64,000 bases of DNA from Candidatus Xenobia bacterium (GCA_045863235.1 BTUM01000033.1:14909-78908), one strand, 5' to 3'. Positions 1-9,895 are shown, counted from the stretch's first letter. A program made the numbers and translations. The notes: generated from the letters alone by a model not told the origin.

Positions 1-37
1 TTTTAACAATTTCGACGGCCTGAAACGCGAGCTGACC

Positions 38-49
38 TGATCTGGATCA
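38..49. promoter_or_regulatory. Crp/Fnr-type box TGAT-N4-ATCA upstream of ccoN; -10 TATAGT at 73-78
   Basis: TGATCTGGATCA; centre 29.5 bp from the start of the -10 hexamer (class II geometry). Confidence 0.75.
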
Positions 50-105
50 TAACCTCCTCCTTCATCTGGCCCTATAGTCGAGAAAACGGAAGGGAGACCG
101 CTTTC

Positions 106-1509
106 TTGGGCGACAGCTATTACGACGACGACTCTCCGAGACTCTTCACCTTTTTCACGGTATTCTGGGGGTTCGTGGGGATGCTGGTGGGCCTTTGGGC
201 GGCTCTGGAGCTGGCTTTCTATCAGCTCAATGGCGACCTTCCGTGGCTCACCTTCGGGCGGCTCAGGCCGCTTCACACCAACGCTGTCATCTTCGCTTTC
301 GCCGGCAACGCCATCTTTGCCGGCGTCTACTATTCCACCCAGCGCCTTTGCCGCGTAAGGATGTTCAACGATACCCTGTCCAGGCTCCACGTGTGGGGCT
401 GGCAGCTCATCGTGGTGCTGGACGCGGTGGCCATCCTGACCGGCCACACGGACGGCAAGGAGTATGCCGAGCCCATCTGGCCCATTGACCTCCTGATCAC
501 GGCGGTCTGGGTCATTTTTGCCGTCAACTTCTTCGGCACGCTCTGGAAGCGTCGCGAGAAGCACCTCTACGTGGCCCTCTGGTTCTACATGTCCACCGTC
601 TTGACCATCGCCGTGCTGCACATCGTGAACAACCTCTGCATGCCGGTGACCCTGCTCAAGAGCTACCCTGCCTACGCCGGAGTTCAGGACGCCCTGATCC
701 AGTGGTGGTACGGCCACAACGCGGTGGGCTTCCTGCTGACCACGCCCTTCCTGGGGCTGATGTACTACTTCCTGCCCAAGGCGGTGAACCGGCCGGTCTA
801 CTCCTACCGGCTCTCCATCGTCCACTTCTGGTCCTTGATCTTCCTCTACATCTGGGCCGGGCCCCATCACCTGCTCTACACCGCCCTGCCCGACTGGGCC
901 CAGACCCTCGGCATGGTGTTCTCATTGATGCTGATCGCTCCGTCCTGGGGCGGCATGATCAACGGCATCCTGACCTTCAAAGGGGCCTGGCACCGGTTGC
1001 GATCCGAGCCGGTCCTCAAGTTCCTGGTGGCCTCGCTGACCTTCTACGGCATGTCCACCTTCGAGGGCCCGATGCTGAGCATTCGCTCGGTTTCGGCCCT
1101 GGGCCACTACACCGACTGGATCGTGGGCCACGTGCACTCGGGTGCCCTGGGCTGGGTTGGCTTCATGATCTTCGCGATGCTCTACTGGATGGTGCCTCGC
1201 CTCTACAAGACCGAGCTCTACTCCACCAAGCTTTGCGAGATCCACTTCTGGATCGGCTCGGGCGGCATCGTGCTCTACATCACTTCGATGTGGATCACCG
1301 GCATCACTCAGGGCCTGATGTGGCGCGAATACTCGGCTGAGGGCACGCTGATCTACCAGTTCATCGAGACGGTCAAGATCCTGCACCCCTACTACATCGT
1401 GCGCGCTCTCGGGGGAGGGCTCTACCTGGTCGGCCTCATCTTGATGGCCTACAACCTGGTCCGCACAGCAATGTCGGGCAAACCCTCCCAAGAAAGGATC
1501 CCCGCGTGA
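106..1509 (+). CDS. ccoN: cbb3-type cytochrome c oxidase subunit I
   Basis: FGRLRPLHTN, QWWYGHN, YIWAGPHH, GHVHSGALGW motifs; multi-TM. Confidence 0.98.
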   Translation: MGDSYYDDDSPRLFTFFTVFWGFVGMLVGLWAALELAFYQLNGDLPWLTFGRLRPLHTNAVIFAFAGNAIFAGVYYSTQRLCRVRMFNDTLSRLHVWGWQLIVVLDAVAILTGHTDGKEYAEPIWPIDLLITAVWVIFAVNFFGTLWKRREKHLYVALWFYMSTVLTIAVLHIVNNLCMPVTLLKSYPAYAGVQDALIQWWYGHNAVGFLLTTPFLGLMYYFLPKAVNRPVYSYRLSIVHFWSLIFLYIWAGPHHLLYTALPDWAQTLGMVFSLMLIAPSWGGMINGILTFKGAWHRLRSEPVLKFLVASLTFYGMSTFEGPMLSIRSVSALGHYTDWIVGHVHSGALGWVGFMIFAMLYWMVPRLYKTELYSTKLCEIHFWIGSGGIVLYITSMWITGITQGLMWREYSAEGTLIYQFIETVKILHPYYIVRALGGGLYLVGLILMAYNLVRTAMSGKPSQERIPA

Positions 1510-2171
1510 CGCACCGCACTCTCGAACAAAAGGGACTTCTGTTCGGCGTCCTGATGCTGGTCGTGGTCTTGATCGGCGGCATCGTGGAGATCGTCCCGCT
1601 GTATGCCGTGAAAGCCAGCGTGCCCCCGCTGGAGGGCGTCAAGCCCTACAGTCCACTCGAGCTCGACGGGCGCGACATCTACATTCGTGAAGGCTGCTAC
1701 ACCTGTCACAGCCAGATGGTGCGGCCCTTCCGCGACGAGATGGAGCGCTACGGGCCTTACTCCAAAGCCGGCGAGTATGTCTACGATCGCCCCTTCCAGT
1801 GGGGCTCCAAGCGCACCGGTCCCGACCTGCAGCGCCTGGGTGGCAAGTATCCCGACAGCTGGCACTACCTGCACATGAAAAATCCCCGCGAGATCGTTCC
1901 GGGCTCCATCATGCCCGCCTATCCGTGGCTCTTCACCCAGCAGGTCGACCACAGCCTGGTACCTGCCAAAATGCGCGCCCTGCAGAGGTTGGGAGTGCCC
2001 TATACCGACGAGGAGATCGCCAACTACGCCGTGGCCTACTTCAAGCAAGCCAGCTCCGTCGAGACCAACATCAAGGCGGCCGGCATCAAGGACGACTATC
2101 AGAACACGCCTGAGATCATCGCGCTGATCGCTTACTTGCAGCGGCTCGGCAGCGACATCAAGTGGAGGTAA
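1506..2171 (+). CDS. ccoO: cbb3-type oxidase subunit II
   Basis: GRDIYIREGCYTCHSQM, WGSKRTGPDL, SIMPAYPWL. Confidence 0.98.
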   Translation: MTHRTLEQKGLLFGVLMLVVVLIGGIVEIVPLYAVKASVPPLEGVKPYSPLELDGRDIYIREGCYTCHSQMVRPFRDEMERYGPYSKAGEYVYDRPFQWGSKRTGPDLQRLGGKYPDSWHYLHMKNPREIVPGSIMPAYPWLFTQQVDHSLVPAKMRALQRLGVPYTDEEIANYAVAYFKQASSVETNIKAAGIKDDYQNTPEIIALIAYLQRLGSDIKWR

Positions 2172-2173
2172 GG

Positions 2174-2323
2174 ATGCCTCAACCCGACTGGATCATTGCG
2201 ATGAAGGAAGGCGTCCTGGTGCTGTTCTTCCTCATCTTCTCGGGGGTCATCGCCTGGACTTATCACAGCTCCAACCGCGCCGCGATGGAGCGATACGGCC
2301 GCTTGCCCCTGGAGGACGAATGA
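2174..2323 (+). CDS. ccoQ: cbb3-type oxidase subunit CcoQ (49 aa, not in ORF track)
   Basis: MPQPDWIIAMKEGVLVLFFLIFSGVIAWTY...RLPLEDE; single TM, lies between ccoO and ccoP, ATGA overlap. Confidence 0.85.
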   Translation: MPQPDWIIAMKEGVLVLFFLIFSGVIAWTYHSSNRAAMERYGRLPLEDE

Positions 2324-2919
2324 GCGACGAGCATACCATCTTGACTGACGAGGAAGTGACGCCCGGCCCGCTGGCGGGAAACTCGAGCAACGACCGGGTC
2401 GTCCTTCCCGACGACAAGCTGTTGGCCGGCCACGAGGTGGACGGCATCCAGGAGATGGACAACCCCATGCCGATGTGGCTGACCACCCTCTTCCTGGCCA
2501 CATTCCTTTATGCCATCGGATACTGCATCGTCTACCCGAGCTTCTGGTTCTGGCCGGGCCTCTGGAAGTGGTCGAGCACCACCGAGATGGCCCGTCTGGA
2601 GGCCGAGCAGGCTGCCAAGCGCGCCCAACCTGTGGTGGCGAAGGCCGACCTGAACCAGCTGGCCAGTGATCCGACCCACGTGGCCAACGGCAAGAAGATT
2701 TACGAGTTCACCTGTGCCACCTGCCACGGCGAGAATGCTCAGGGCAAAGTGGGACCAAGCCTGGTGGACGCCGAGTGGAAATATGGCGGCAAGCCGACCG
2801 ACATCCTCGAGAGCGTGACCAACGGCCGACCGGCGGGGATGCCCAACTGGGGGAACACCCTGAAGCCCGAGGAGGTGGAGGACGTGACAGCCTTTGTCCT
2901 GTCGCTCCAGAAAAAGTGA
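2320..2919 (+). CDS. ccoP: cbb3-type oxidase subunit III, mono-heme form
   Basis: GHEVDGIQEMDNPMPMW N-terminal motif; single CATCH; GMPNW. Confidence 0.93.
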   Translation: MSDEHTILTDEEVTPGPLAGNSSNDRVVLPDDKLLAGHEVDGIQEMDNPMPMWLTTLFLATFLYAIGYCIVYPSFWFWPGLWKWSSTTEMARLEAEQAAKRAQPVVAKADLNQLASDPTHVANGKKIYEFTCATCHGENAQGKVGPSLVDAEWKYGGKPTDILESVTNGRPAGMPNWGNTLKPEEVEDVTAFVLSLQKK

Positions 2920-4172
2920 GCCGCCCCATCTATACCCGCCACGTCAACGGCAGATTCCACAAGCTCCGGGCGGCCGTGAGCCTGATCCTGCAGTCTCTGC
3001 TGTTCGTCCTCCCCTGGATCGAGTATCACGGCCGCCCCTTCCTCTTGCTCGACATCCCCCATCGTCGCCTCTACCTGGGCCACCTGGTGCTGTTCCCGCA
3101 GGAGACGTTCTTTCTGCTGATCATGCTGCTCTCGGCCGGAACGCTGCTCTTCCTCTCCACCTCCCTGGGGGGACGCATCTGGTGCGGCTACGCCTGTCCC
3201 CAGACGCTCTTCAGCCAGTCCTTCATGATGATCGAGCGCTGGGTCGAGGGCGACCGGGCCCGGCGCATGCGGCGAGAGAAAGGCTCTCTGACAGCCTCCT
3301 GGGTGATCCGTCGAGGCCTCAAGCTGGCTATCTGGCTGGTGATGGGCATCTGGCTTGGCATCACCATCTCGGGCTACTTCGTGCCGATCCGACAGCTGAC
3401 ACTGGCCTCCTGGCCGGTGGTGGCCTTCTTCACCTTCATCTCGTTGCTCGACTTCGGCTTCCTGCGCGAGATGGTCTGCCACAACTGGTGCCCTTACGCC
3501 CGCTTTCAGGGAGCCCTGTTCGACAAGGACACTCTGGTCATCGCCTATGACAACGAGCGCGGCGAGCCGCGCGGCAAGGTGAACACCACCCAGGGCTCGT
3601 GCGTGGACTGCTCGCTCTGCGTACAGGTCTGCCCCATGGGCATCGACATCCGAGACGGCCAGCAGCTCGAGTGCATCGCCTGCGCTGCTTGCATCGACGC
3701 CTGTGACCAGGTCATGGACAAGCTCAAGCGTCCTCGAGGCCTGGTGGGCTACCGCACCCTGAGCGGGCGTCAGCGCCTGCTCCGCCCCCGCACCATCGTC
3801 TACGGCGTGGTACTGGCGGTGCTGGCCACCACCTTCCTCTACCTGGCCACCCACCGGCAGCTGCTGGCGGTCGACGTGGTGCGCTCGGCGGCTTTGTTCA
3901 ACACCACTCCCGATGGCCGGGTCTCCAACAACTACACCGTGCACCTGATCAACCGTCGCGACGAGCCGGTCGAGGTGAAGCTCTCGCTCGAGGGGATGCC
4001 CGAGGGCGAGCTGATCGCTCCCCGGGGCAACCCGGTCACGGTGCCGCCTGCCTCGGTGCAAGCGGTTCAGGTGCTGGTGGTGCGTCCCAAAGCTGACCGA
4101 CCGGTCGTTTCGTTCAGGCTGAAGGCCAACGACGAAGAGGTCCAGACCACGTTCGTGGGGCCCGGCCAATGA
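2916..4172 (+). CDS. ccoG: cbb3 accessory 4Fe-4S protein CcoG/FixG
   Basis: GRIWCGYACPQT, CPYARFQ, CVDCSLCVQVCP, CIACAACIDAC; GTG start overlaps ccoP stop. Confidence 0.95.
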   Translation: MSRPIYTRHVNGRFHKLRAAVSLILQSLLFVLPWIEYHGRPFLLLDIPHRRLYLGHLVLFPQETFFLLIMLLSAGTLLFLSTSLGGRIWCGYACPQTLFSQSFMMIERWVEGDRARRMRREKGSLTASWVIRRGLKLAIWLVMGIWLGITISGYFVPIRQLTLASWPVVAFFTFISLLDFGFLREMVCHNWCPYARFQGALFDKDTLVIAYDNERGEPRGKVNTTQGSCVDCSLCVQVCPMGIDIRDGQQLECIACAACIDACDQVMDKLKRPRGLVGYRTLSGRQRLLRPRTIVYGVVLAVLATTFLYLATHRQLLAVDVVRSAALFNTTPDGRVSNNYTVHLINRRDEPVEVKLSLEGMPEGELIAPRGNPVTVPPASVQAVQVLVVRPKADRPVVSFRLKANDEEVQTTFVGPGQ

Positions 4173-4582
4173 CCCCGCCCCGACTGATCGCCGGGATCCT
4201 GATCAGCTTCGTGCTGGTTCAGATCTCTTTCGTGACCATGGCCTCGCGCAGCTTCGAAGGCCCTGACCAGCCTGGATACTACAAGATGGGCCTGGAGCAC
4301 GACCGCCTGATGCGCCCCCAGCGCCAGGGCTGGCACGTCCAGCACAACCTCCCCCAGCGCCTGCAGGCAGGCCAGAGCTTCCATCTCGAGGCCCGGGCCG
4401 TGGACGCCAACCAGCAACCGGTCCAGGGCAACCTGACCGTGCGCGTGGGGCGTCCCGCCACCCGCAGCCAGGACCGCCAGCTGACCCTGCCGGCCGATTG
4501 GCAGCCGGCTCCGGGCTGGTGGGACGTGGTCTTCGAGCTGGACGGCCAGCGCCTGGACAAAGTGCGCGTGGCCGCCCGATGA
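4169..4582 (+). CDS. ccoH: FixH/CcoH family protein
   Basis: N-terminal TM followed by YYKMGL; position between ccoG and ccoI. Confidence 0.75.
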   Translation: MTPPRLIAGILISFVLVQISFVTMASRSFEGPDQPGYYKMGLEHDRLMRPQRQGWHVQHNLPQRLQAGQSFHLEARAVDANQQPVQGNLTVRVGRPATRSQDRQLTLPADWQPAPGWWDVVFELDGQRLDKVRVAAR

Positions 4583-6852
4583 CTTGCCGCCACTGCGGCC
4601 TGCCCTCCAGCGCCGACTTCTGCTGCTCTGGCTGCGAGGCGGTCTACAGCTGCATCCACTCGCTGGGCCTGGACGACTACTACCGCTTCCGCACCGGGCC
4701 GCCGGACGCTCCGGCCGAGCTGCCAGCCTCGGCGGCCCACTACGATCGACCCGAGATCTCCCGGCGCTACGCCGTGGGTGACAGCTGGCACATCCTGGTG
4801 GATGGCCTGCACTGCGCCGCCTGCGCCTGGCTGGTGGAGCAGGCCCTGCAGCGCCTCGAGGGGGTGCGAGAAGCCCGGGTCAACTACGCCACCTCGCGCC
4901 TCAAGGTCAGCGGCAGCGCGACCCTGGGCGCGGTGGTGGCGGCCGTGCAGGCACTGGGGTATCGGGCCACACCCTACCATCCCGATCTGCAGGAGCGTCC
5001 CCGTGCAGAAGAGGACCGCACCCTGCTGCGCCGCCTGGCGGTGGCCGGCTGCGCCGCCGGCAACATCATGCTGATGGCAGCCGCGCTCTACTCGGGGGCG
5101 GCCGAGGAGCAGCACTTCCAGACCCTGTTTCACCAGGTGAGCCTGCTGCTGGTTCTGCCGGTGGTGCTCTACTCGGCCGTGCCCTTCTGGAAGGGAGCCT
5201 GGAGCGCCCTCAAGGCCCGCACCCTGACCATGGACGTGCCCATCGCGCTGGGCCTGGGAATCACGTTCCTGGCCAGCCTGGTGGGGTCCCAGGTCTACTA
5301 CGACACGGTGGCCATGTTCGTCTTCGTGCTCTTGATCGGCCGCTACCTCGAACGCCTGGCCCGAGGCCGGGTGAGCTCGACACTCGAGCGCCTGCTGGCG
5401 CTGCAGGTCGAGACGGCCCGCCTGGCAGACGGCAGCGAGGTGCCGGTGGAGCAGCTCGAGCCCGGCGCGCGGGTCGTGGTCGGTCCGGGCTGTCGCCTGC
5501 CGGCCGATGGCCGGGTGGAGAGCGGGCGCGCCTTCGTGGACGAGTCCATGCTGACAGGCGAGTCCCGCCCGCGGGCGGTCGAGCCAGGCGAGACCGTGCT
5601 GGGAGGGAGCCTCAACCTGGACGGCTCGCTGCTCGTGCGGGTGACGGCCGTGGGCAGTCAGAGCGTGCTGGCCCGCCTGGCCCGCCGGGTGGAGGAGGCC
5701 CAGAGCCAGCGGGCCCCCATCGGCCGTCTGGCCGACCAGGCCGCGCGGCGCTTCCTTGTGGTGGTGCACTCGCTGGCTGCTCTGACCTTCCTGGCCTGGC
5801 AACTGGTCGACCCCGCCCGAGCCGTGGAGGTGGCCGTGTCGGTGCTGATCATCACCTGCCCCTGCGCTCTCGGGCTGGCTACCCCGCTGGTGGTGGCCGT
5901 GGCCACCGGTCGCGCCGCCGCCAGAGGCCTTCTCTTCCGGGGAGGAGAAGCTCTGGAAGCCTGTCGGGCCGTGACCACGGTGGTGCTGGACAAGACCGGA
6001 ACGTTGACCGAGGGCCGTCTGCAACTCGACGAAATCGTCTGCGAGCCCGGTCGTGAGCGGCACTGGTTGCGGCTGGCCGCCGCCGCCGAGCAGAGCTGCC
6101 CCCACCCCCTGGGCCGCTCGCTGGTGGCCGCCTGGGGTGAGGAGCCGCTGCCGGCGGTCGAGGATCTGGAGAGCCTGCCCGGGTTGGGCCTGCGCTGCCG
6201 GGTGGAGGGCCATCGCCTGGCGGTTGGCAGTCGAGCCCTGGTCAGCCAGGGAAGCTCTCAGCGGCCCGGTTGCACCATGGTTTACCTGGAGGTAGACGGA
6301 AGGTTGGAGGCTTGCTTTGCTCTCTCCGACCGCCTCCGCCCGGAGGCGAGCGAAGTGGTGGGACAGCTGCGCCGAAGAGGCTTGAAGCTGATCCTGGCCA
6401 GCGGCGATCAGGCCTCCTGCGTGGAGGAAGTGGCCACTCGCCTGAGCCTGGATCATTCCTACGCGGGCATGCTGCCCGAGGACAAGCATACCCTGGTGCG
6501 CGAGCTCGAGGCCCGGGGTGAGCGGGTGGCCATGGTGGGCGACGGAGTGAACGACGCCCCCGCCCTGTCGGCCGCTACCCTGGGCGTAGCCGTTGAGAAC
6601 GGCACCGATCTGGCCTGCGAGGCAGCCGACCTGGTGCTGCGCCGGCCGGGCCTGGCTCCGCTGGAGGAGGCCTTCGCCCTGGCCGAGAGCGCCTGGGGGC
6701 GCCTGCTGGCCAACCTGGGCCTGGCCCTGACCTACAACCTGATCGCCATCCCCAGCGCCATGCTCGGCCTGGTTTCGCCGCTCTTTGCGGCTGTGGCCAT
6801 GCCGCTCTCGTCGCTGGCGGTCGTGCTCAACTCCATCAGGAGAAGCCCGTGA
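4579..6852 (+). CDS. ccoI: P1B-type copper ATPase CcoI/FixI
   Basis: CRHC/CCSGC, HCAAC, TGES, CPC, DKTGT, GDGVND. Confidence 0.95.
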   Translation: MTCRHCGLPSSADFCCSGCEAVYSCIHSLGLDDYYRFRTGPPDAPAELPASAAHYDRPEISRRYAVGDSWHILVDGLHCAACAWLVEQALQRLEGVREARVNYATSRLKVSGSATLGAVVAAVQALGYRATPYHPDLQERPRAEEDRTLLRRLAVAGCAAGNIMLMAAALYSGAAEEQHFQTLFHQVSLLLVLPVVLYSAVPFWKGAWSALKARTLTMDVPIALGLGITFLASLVGSQVYYDTVAMFVFVLLIGRYLERLARGRVSSTLERLLALQVETARLADGSEVPVEQLEPGARVVVGPGCRLPADGRVESGRAFVDESMLTGESRPRAVEPGETVLGGSLNLDGSLLVRVTAVGSQSVLARLARRVEEAQSQRAPIGRLADQAARRFLVVVHSLAALTFLAWQLVDPARAVEVAVSVLIITCPCALGLATPLVVAVATGRAAARGLLFRGGEALEACRAVTTVVLDKTGTLTEGRLQLDEIVCEPGRERHWLRLAAAAEQSCPHPLGRSLVAAWGEEPLPAVEDLESLPGLGLRCRVEGHRLAVGSRALVSQGSSQRPGCTMVYLEVDGRLEACFALSDRLRPEASEVVGQLRRRGLKLILASGDQASCVEEVATRLSLDHSYAGMLPEDKHTLVRELEARGERVAMVGDGVNDAPALSAATLGVAVENGTDLACEAADLVLRRPGLAPLEEAFALAESAWGRLLANLGLALTYNLIAIPSAMLGLVSPLFAAVAMPLSSLAVVLNSIRRSP

Positions 6853-6995
6853 GCGCCATCTTCTACCTTCTACCGCTGGCCATCATCCTGGCCCTGGTCG
6901 GGCTGGGCGGCTTTTTCTGGGCCGTTTCGGATGGCCAGTTCGACGACCTGGAGGGGCCCCGCTGGCGGGTGCTGTTCGACAAAGATGAGTCTTGA
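6849..6995 (+). CDS. ccoS: cbb3 assembly protein CcoS (not in ORF track)
   Basis: [13 protein letters not shown]...FFWAVSDGQFDDLEGP. Confidence 0.9.
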   Translation: MSAIFYLLPLAIILALVGLGGFFWAVSDGQFDDLEGPRWRVLFDKDES

Positions 6996-7551
6996 GATGA
7001 TGCTGTTGGGTCTGGTGGGCAGCACGCACTGCCTGGGCATGTGCAGCGGCTTCGTGCTGGCCACCGGCAAGCGGGCCCCGGCCTACCAGGCGGGGCGATT
7101 GCTGGGCTACTCGCTGGTAGGCGCGGCCATGGCCACGGCCGGTTGGGCCGCCCGACTGGGACTGGGCAGCCGCCTGTTCATGGTCCTTGCCGGTCTTGCG
7201 ATGGTGGCTCTGGCGGCCAACCTGCTGCCCGCCCGCCCGCCGCTCTGGGGGTATCTGCTGCGAGCCTTCGGGCCGCTGCTGCGGCGCCCGTTCTTCCTGG
7301 GCCTGTTGACGGCCGTGCTCCCTTGCGGCTTGCTGGCGGCCGCCTGGATGCAGGCAGCCGCCAGCGGCTCGACCCTGCAGGGCGCGCTCTTCATGGCCTG
7401 TTTCTGGTTGGGGACGCTGCCGGCTCTCAGTTTTGCCCACCTCTTGTCGCCCCTGGCCCGACGCTGGCCCCGGGCGGGCAGCCTGGTAATACTCTGGCTG
7501 GGCCTGATCATGCTCTGGCGGGCCTGGCGTGGGGAGGTCTGGTGCGGATGA
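6985..7551 (+). CDS. DsbD_2 / TauE-SafE-like membrane protein of cco clusters
   Basis: HCLGMCSG, YQAGR, LPCG, FWLGTLP. Confidence 0.85.
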   Translation: MSLEMMLLGLVGSTHCLGMCSGFVLATGKRAPAYQAGRLLGYSLVGAAMATAGWAARLGLGSRLFMVLAGLAMVALAANLLPARPPLWGYLLRAFGPLLRRPFFLGLLTAVLPCGLLAAAWMQAAASGSTLQGALFMACFWLGTLPALSFAHLLSPLARRWPRAGSLVILWLGLIMLWRAWRGEVWCG

Positions 7552-8432
7552 TGAAGCGCGTTGCGGTGGCTCTGGATGGCACTCCTCAGGCCGAACAGGC
7601 CCTGATCTATGCCCGTTCGCTGGCTTACGAGCTGGTCTTGATCCGGGTCGTGAGAGAGCGGATGGTGGAGGAGCTGGAGGAAGGATCGGCTCAGGAGGCA
7701 GCCCACTACCTGCACCAGGTGGCCACTGCCCTGCGCGAGCGGGGCCAACCCTGCACCGTCCGACTGGCCTCGGGTCAGACCGCCTCGGCCCTGCTCGAGA
7801 GCCTGCAAGACTGCGAGCTCCTGGTCATCTGCTCGCAGGGTCGCACGGGCCTGGCGGGCTGGCTGAAGCCCAGCGTGGCCGCCCGGGTGGCCGCTCGAGC
7901 CAGCTGCCCGGTGCTGGTGGTGCGCTCGGGAGAGCCAGGCAGCCTGGAAAGCAAGCTGACGGGGCCGCAATGGGCCCCCCGCCGGGCCCTGGTGGCCCTG
8001 GACACGACCAGCTTCTCGGAAGGAGCCCTGCCAGCCGCCTGCTCGCTCCTGACCCAACGCCCGGCCCAGCTGGTCTTGCTCGGTGCCAGCGGCCTGCCGC
8101 CCGTGGACTCGGATTCGCCCGAGTTCTCCGCGCGCCGGGTGCAGCTGGCCCGCCTGGGTCAGTATCTCCAGCGCGCCGGCGAGGATGCCCGGGCCGAAGA
8201 CCTGCAGGTTTCCTGGCGGGTGGAGGACTCCACCGCCAGCGAAGCGATCCTGGACTGGGCCGAGCGCGAGCGAGCCGAGGTGGTCTGCCTGGCCACCCAC
8301 GGTCGCACGGGGGCAGCCCGCTGGCTGCTTGGCAGCGTCAGCGAGAAGGTGCTGCGCAAAAGCCGCCGGCCGGTCCTGCTGGTCAATCCTCGTTCTTTGA
8401 GACGACCAGCTGATCGCGCAGGGCGCGAATGA
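7548..8432 (+). CDS. tandem universal stress protein (2 USP domains)
   Basis: VAVALDGT...ASCPVLVVR; LVALDTT...THGRTG..WLLGSVSEKVLR. Confidence 0.9.
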   Translation: MMKRVAVALDGTPQAEQALIYARSLAYELVLIRVVRERMVEELEEGSAQEAAHYLHQVATALRERGQPCTVRLASGQTASALLESLQDCELLVICSQGRTGLAGWLKPSVAARVAARASCPVLVVRSGEPGSLESKLTGPQWAPRRALVALDTTSFSEGALPAACSLLTQRPAQLVLLGASGLPPVDSDSPEFSARRVQLARLGQYLQRAGEDARAEDLQVSWRVEDSTASEAILDWAERERAEVVCLATHGRTGAARWLLGSVSEKVLRKSRRPVLLVNPRSLRRPADRAGRE

Positions 8433-8850
8433 GGTCCAGACTGGAAACGATGCCTACCACCTGACTCGAGCGCAGCACCAGGATGCGATGGATGCGACGG
8501 TCCAACATCAAATCAGCCAGCTCGAGCAGGCTGGTTTCCTCGTGGGCAAAGTAAGCGTACGGCGCCATGATGTCGGCCACCAGGGCCTCGCCCATGGCGG
8601 GCAGCTCCCCCGGAACCCCCAGCCAGACGCCCTGGTAGTAGCCGTGGGGGTCGCGGCTGGTGGGCAGAGCGTGCGAGGCATAGGCGGCCACGTCGGTCTG
8701 CGACACGACCCCCACCAGCTTGCCCGACTCGTCCACCACCGGAACCCCTGAGATGCGGGCGTGCGCAAGCAGGCTGGCCAGCTCGCGCACGCTCTTCTCG
8801 GGACGAATGGTCAACACTTCTCTGGTCATGATATCGGCAACGGTTCGCAT
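8383..8850 (-). CDS. CBS domain pair protein
   Basis: VADIMTREV, ISGVPVVD, GIVSSLDL. Confidence 0.9.
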   Translation of the reverse strand: MRTVADIMTREVLTIRPEKSVRELASLLAHARISGVPVVDESGKLVGVVSQTDVAAYASHALPTSRDPHGYYQGVWLGVPGELPAMGEALVADIMAPYAYFAHEETSLLELADLMLDRRIHRILVLRSSQVVGIVSSLDLIRALRDQLVVSKNED

Positions 8851-8886
8851 CCTATGGCTCAATCTAGCGGTCCCCGAGTCGACTTG

Positions 8887-8904
8887 GAATGATCCGGATC
8901 ATTC
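8887..8904. promoter_or_regulatory. perfect 18-bp palindrome with TGAT-N4-ATCA core serving divergent promoters
   Basis: GAATGATCCGGATCATTC; -10 TATGCT (8925-8930, +) and TAGATT (8866-8861, -) each 29.5 bp from the centre. Confidence 0.8.
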
Positions 8905-8966
8905 TGCCCCGACCTGTCGCGGGTTATGCTGGCACTGCGGGGAAACCCGCCAAGGAGGCCGCCTTC

Positions 8967-9530
8967 ATGAGCAAGGAACACGTGAACTGCCCGAACCTTC
9001 AACGTGAGGCCGAGATCGAGCTGTCCGACGGCAAAGTGACCGCCTGCAACCTCTGGCACGAGGGCCGCCCCAGCTGTCAGGGAGAGTGTGTCACCGCGCC
9101 TCGAGTGCGCGACATCATGCAGCGAGAGGTGATCGCGATCCGGGAAACGGCCAGCCTGGCCGAGTTGGCCCGCGTTCTGGCCGAGAACCGCATCTCCGGC
9201 GTGCCGGTGATCGACCGAAAGCGTCGCCTGCTGGGAGTGATCTCAGCCTATGACCTGGCCCGCGGCAAGGCGCGGGCCAATGCCTTCTACAACGAAACCT
9301 TCATGGTGGACGAGTTGCTCGACGGCTACTACAGTCACGAGAACTCGAGGGTGCGCGACCTGATGACCTCGGCTGTCCACCGGGTAGAGGAGGTGACCCT
9401 GGTCAGGGACGTGGTGGACATCATGCTCAGAGAGCAGATCCACCGGGTGATCGTGACCCGGGGCGAGGAACTGACCGGCATCGTGACCACCTCGGACATG
9501 TTGCAGGTGCTCTCGCGCCTGCTCTCCTGA
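8967..9530 (+). CDS. CBS pair protein with N-terminal 4-Cys module
   Basis: AAGGAGG RBS; VRDIMQREV, ISGVPVID, GIVTTSDML. Confidence 0.88.
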   Translation: MSKEHVNCPNLQREAEIELSDGKVTACNLWHEGRPSCQGECVTAPRVRDIMQREVIAIRETASLAELARVLAENRISGVPVIDRKRRLLGVISAYDLARGKARANAFYNETFMVDELLDGYYSHENSRVRDLMTSAVHRVEEVTLVRDVVDIMLREQIHRVIVTRGEELTGIVTTSDMLQVLSRLLS

Positions 9531-9869
9531 TCAGGCCGAAAACAGGCTGAAGAAGGGTTTGGCCTGGCCGCTCTTTTGGGAGGTGGGCCCCTTGAGCCGG
9601 GGCGGCTGGTCGAAGTCGCCCAGGGCATCGGTCACCTTGGGAAGGTCGCTGTCCGAGTCGGAGGGATAGGCACAGGTGGTCAGGTCTGCGTCATGGTCGG
9701 AAGGGTGCCTGCACGTGGTCTTCGTCGGAACGGGCACGACCAGCGGACCGGCGACCGGTTGAGCCTCCAACACCTGCTCGAAGAAGGGCTCGGGTCGAGC
9801 CAGCGTGGCGGCGGCCACCAGGGCCCCGCCGGCGAACAGGCAATCGGTGAGAAATCGGCGGCGTGTCAT
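9531..9869 (-). CDS. Tat-signal protein resembling a microviridin/marinostatin (graspetide) precursor
   Basis: MTRRRFL + h-region; PFFEQVLEAQ; TCRHPSDHD and TCAYPSDSD. Confidence 0.7.
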   Translation of the reverse strand: MTRRRFLTDCLFAGGALVAAATLARPEPFFEQVLEAQPVAGPLVVPVPTKTTCRHPSDHDADLTTCAYPSDSDSDLPKVTDALGDFDQPPRLKGPTSQKSGQAKPFFSLFSA

Positions 9870-9878
9870 GCCGGGTTG

Positions 9879-9895
9879 GTCGTGCTCAGCACGAC
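9879..9895. promoter_or_regulatory. inverted repeat just upstream of the Tat/graspetide-like ORF
   Basis: GTCGTGCT-C-AGCACGAC, overlapping a TAAAGT -10-like hexamer on the minus strand. Confidence 0.4.

Noticed and set aside
2..40. 3' end of an upstream CDS (FNNFDGLKRELT*)
   Set aside because: Too short to identify.
4279..6489. Long antisense ORFs, here and at 22652-26764, 37740-40121 and 61612-63600
   Set aside because: Stop-poor shadow frames opposite well-supported genes, as expected in high-GC DNA.
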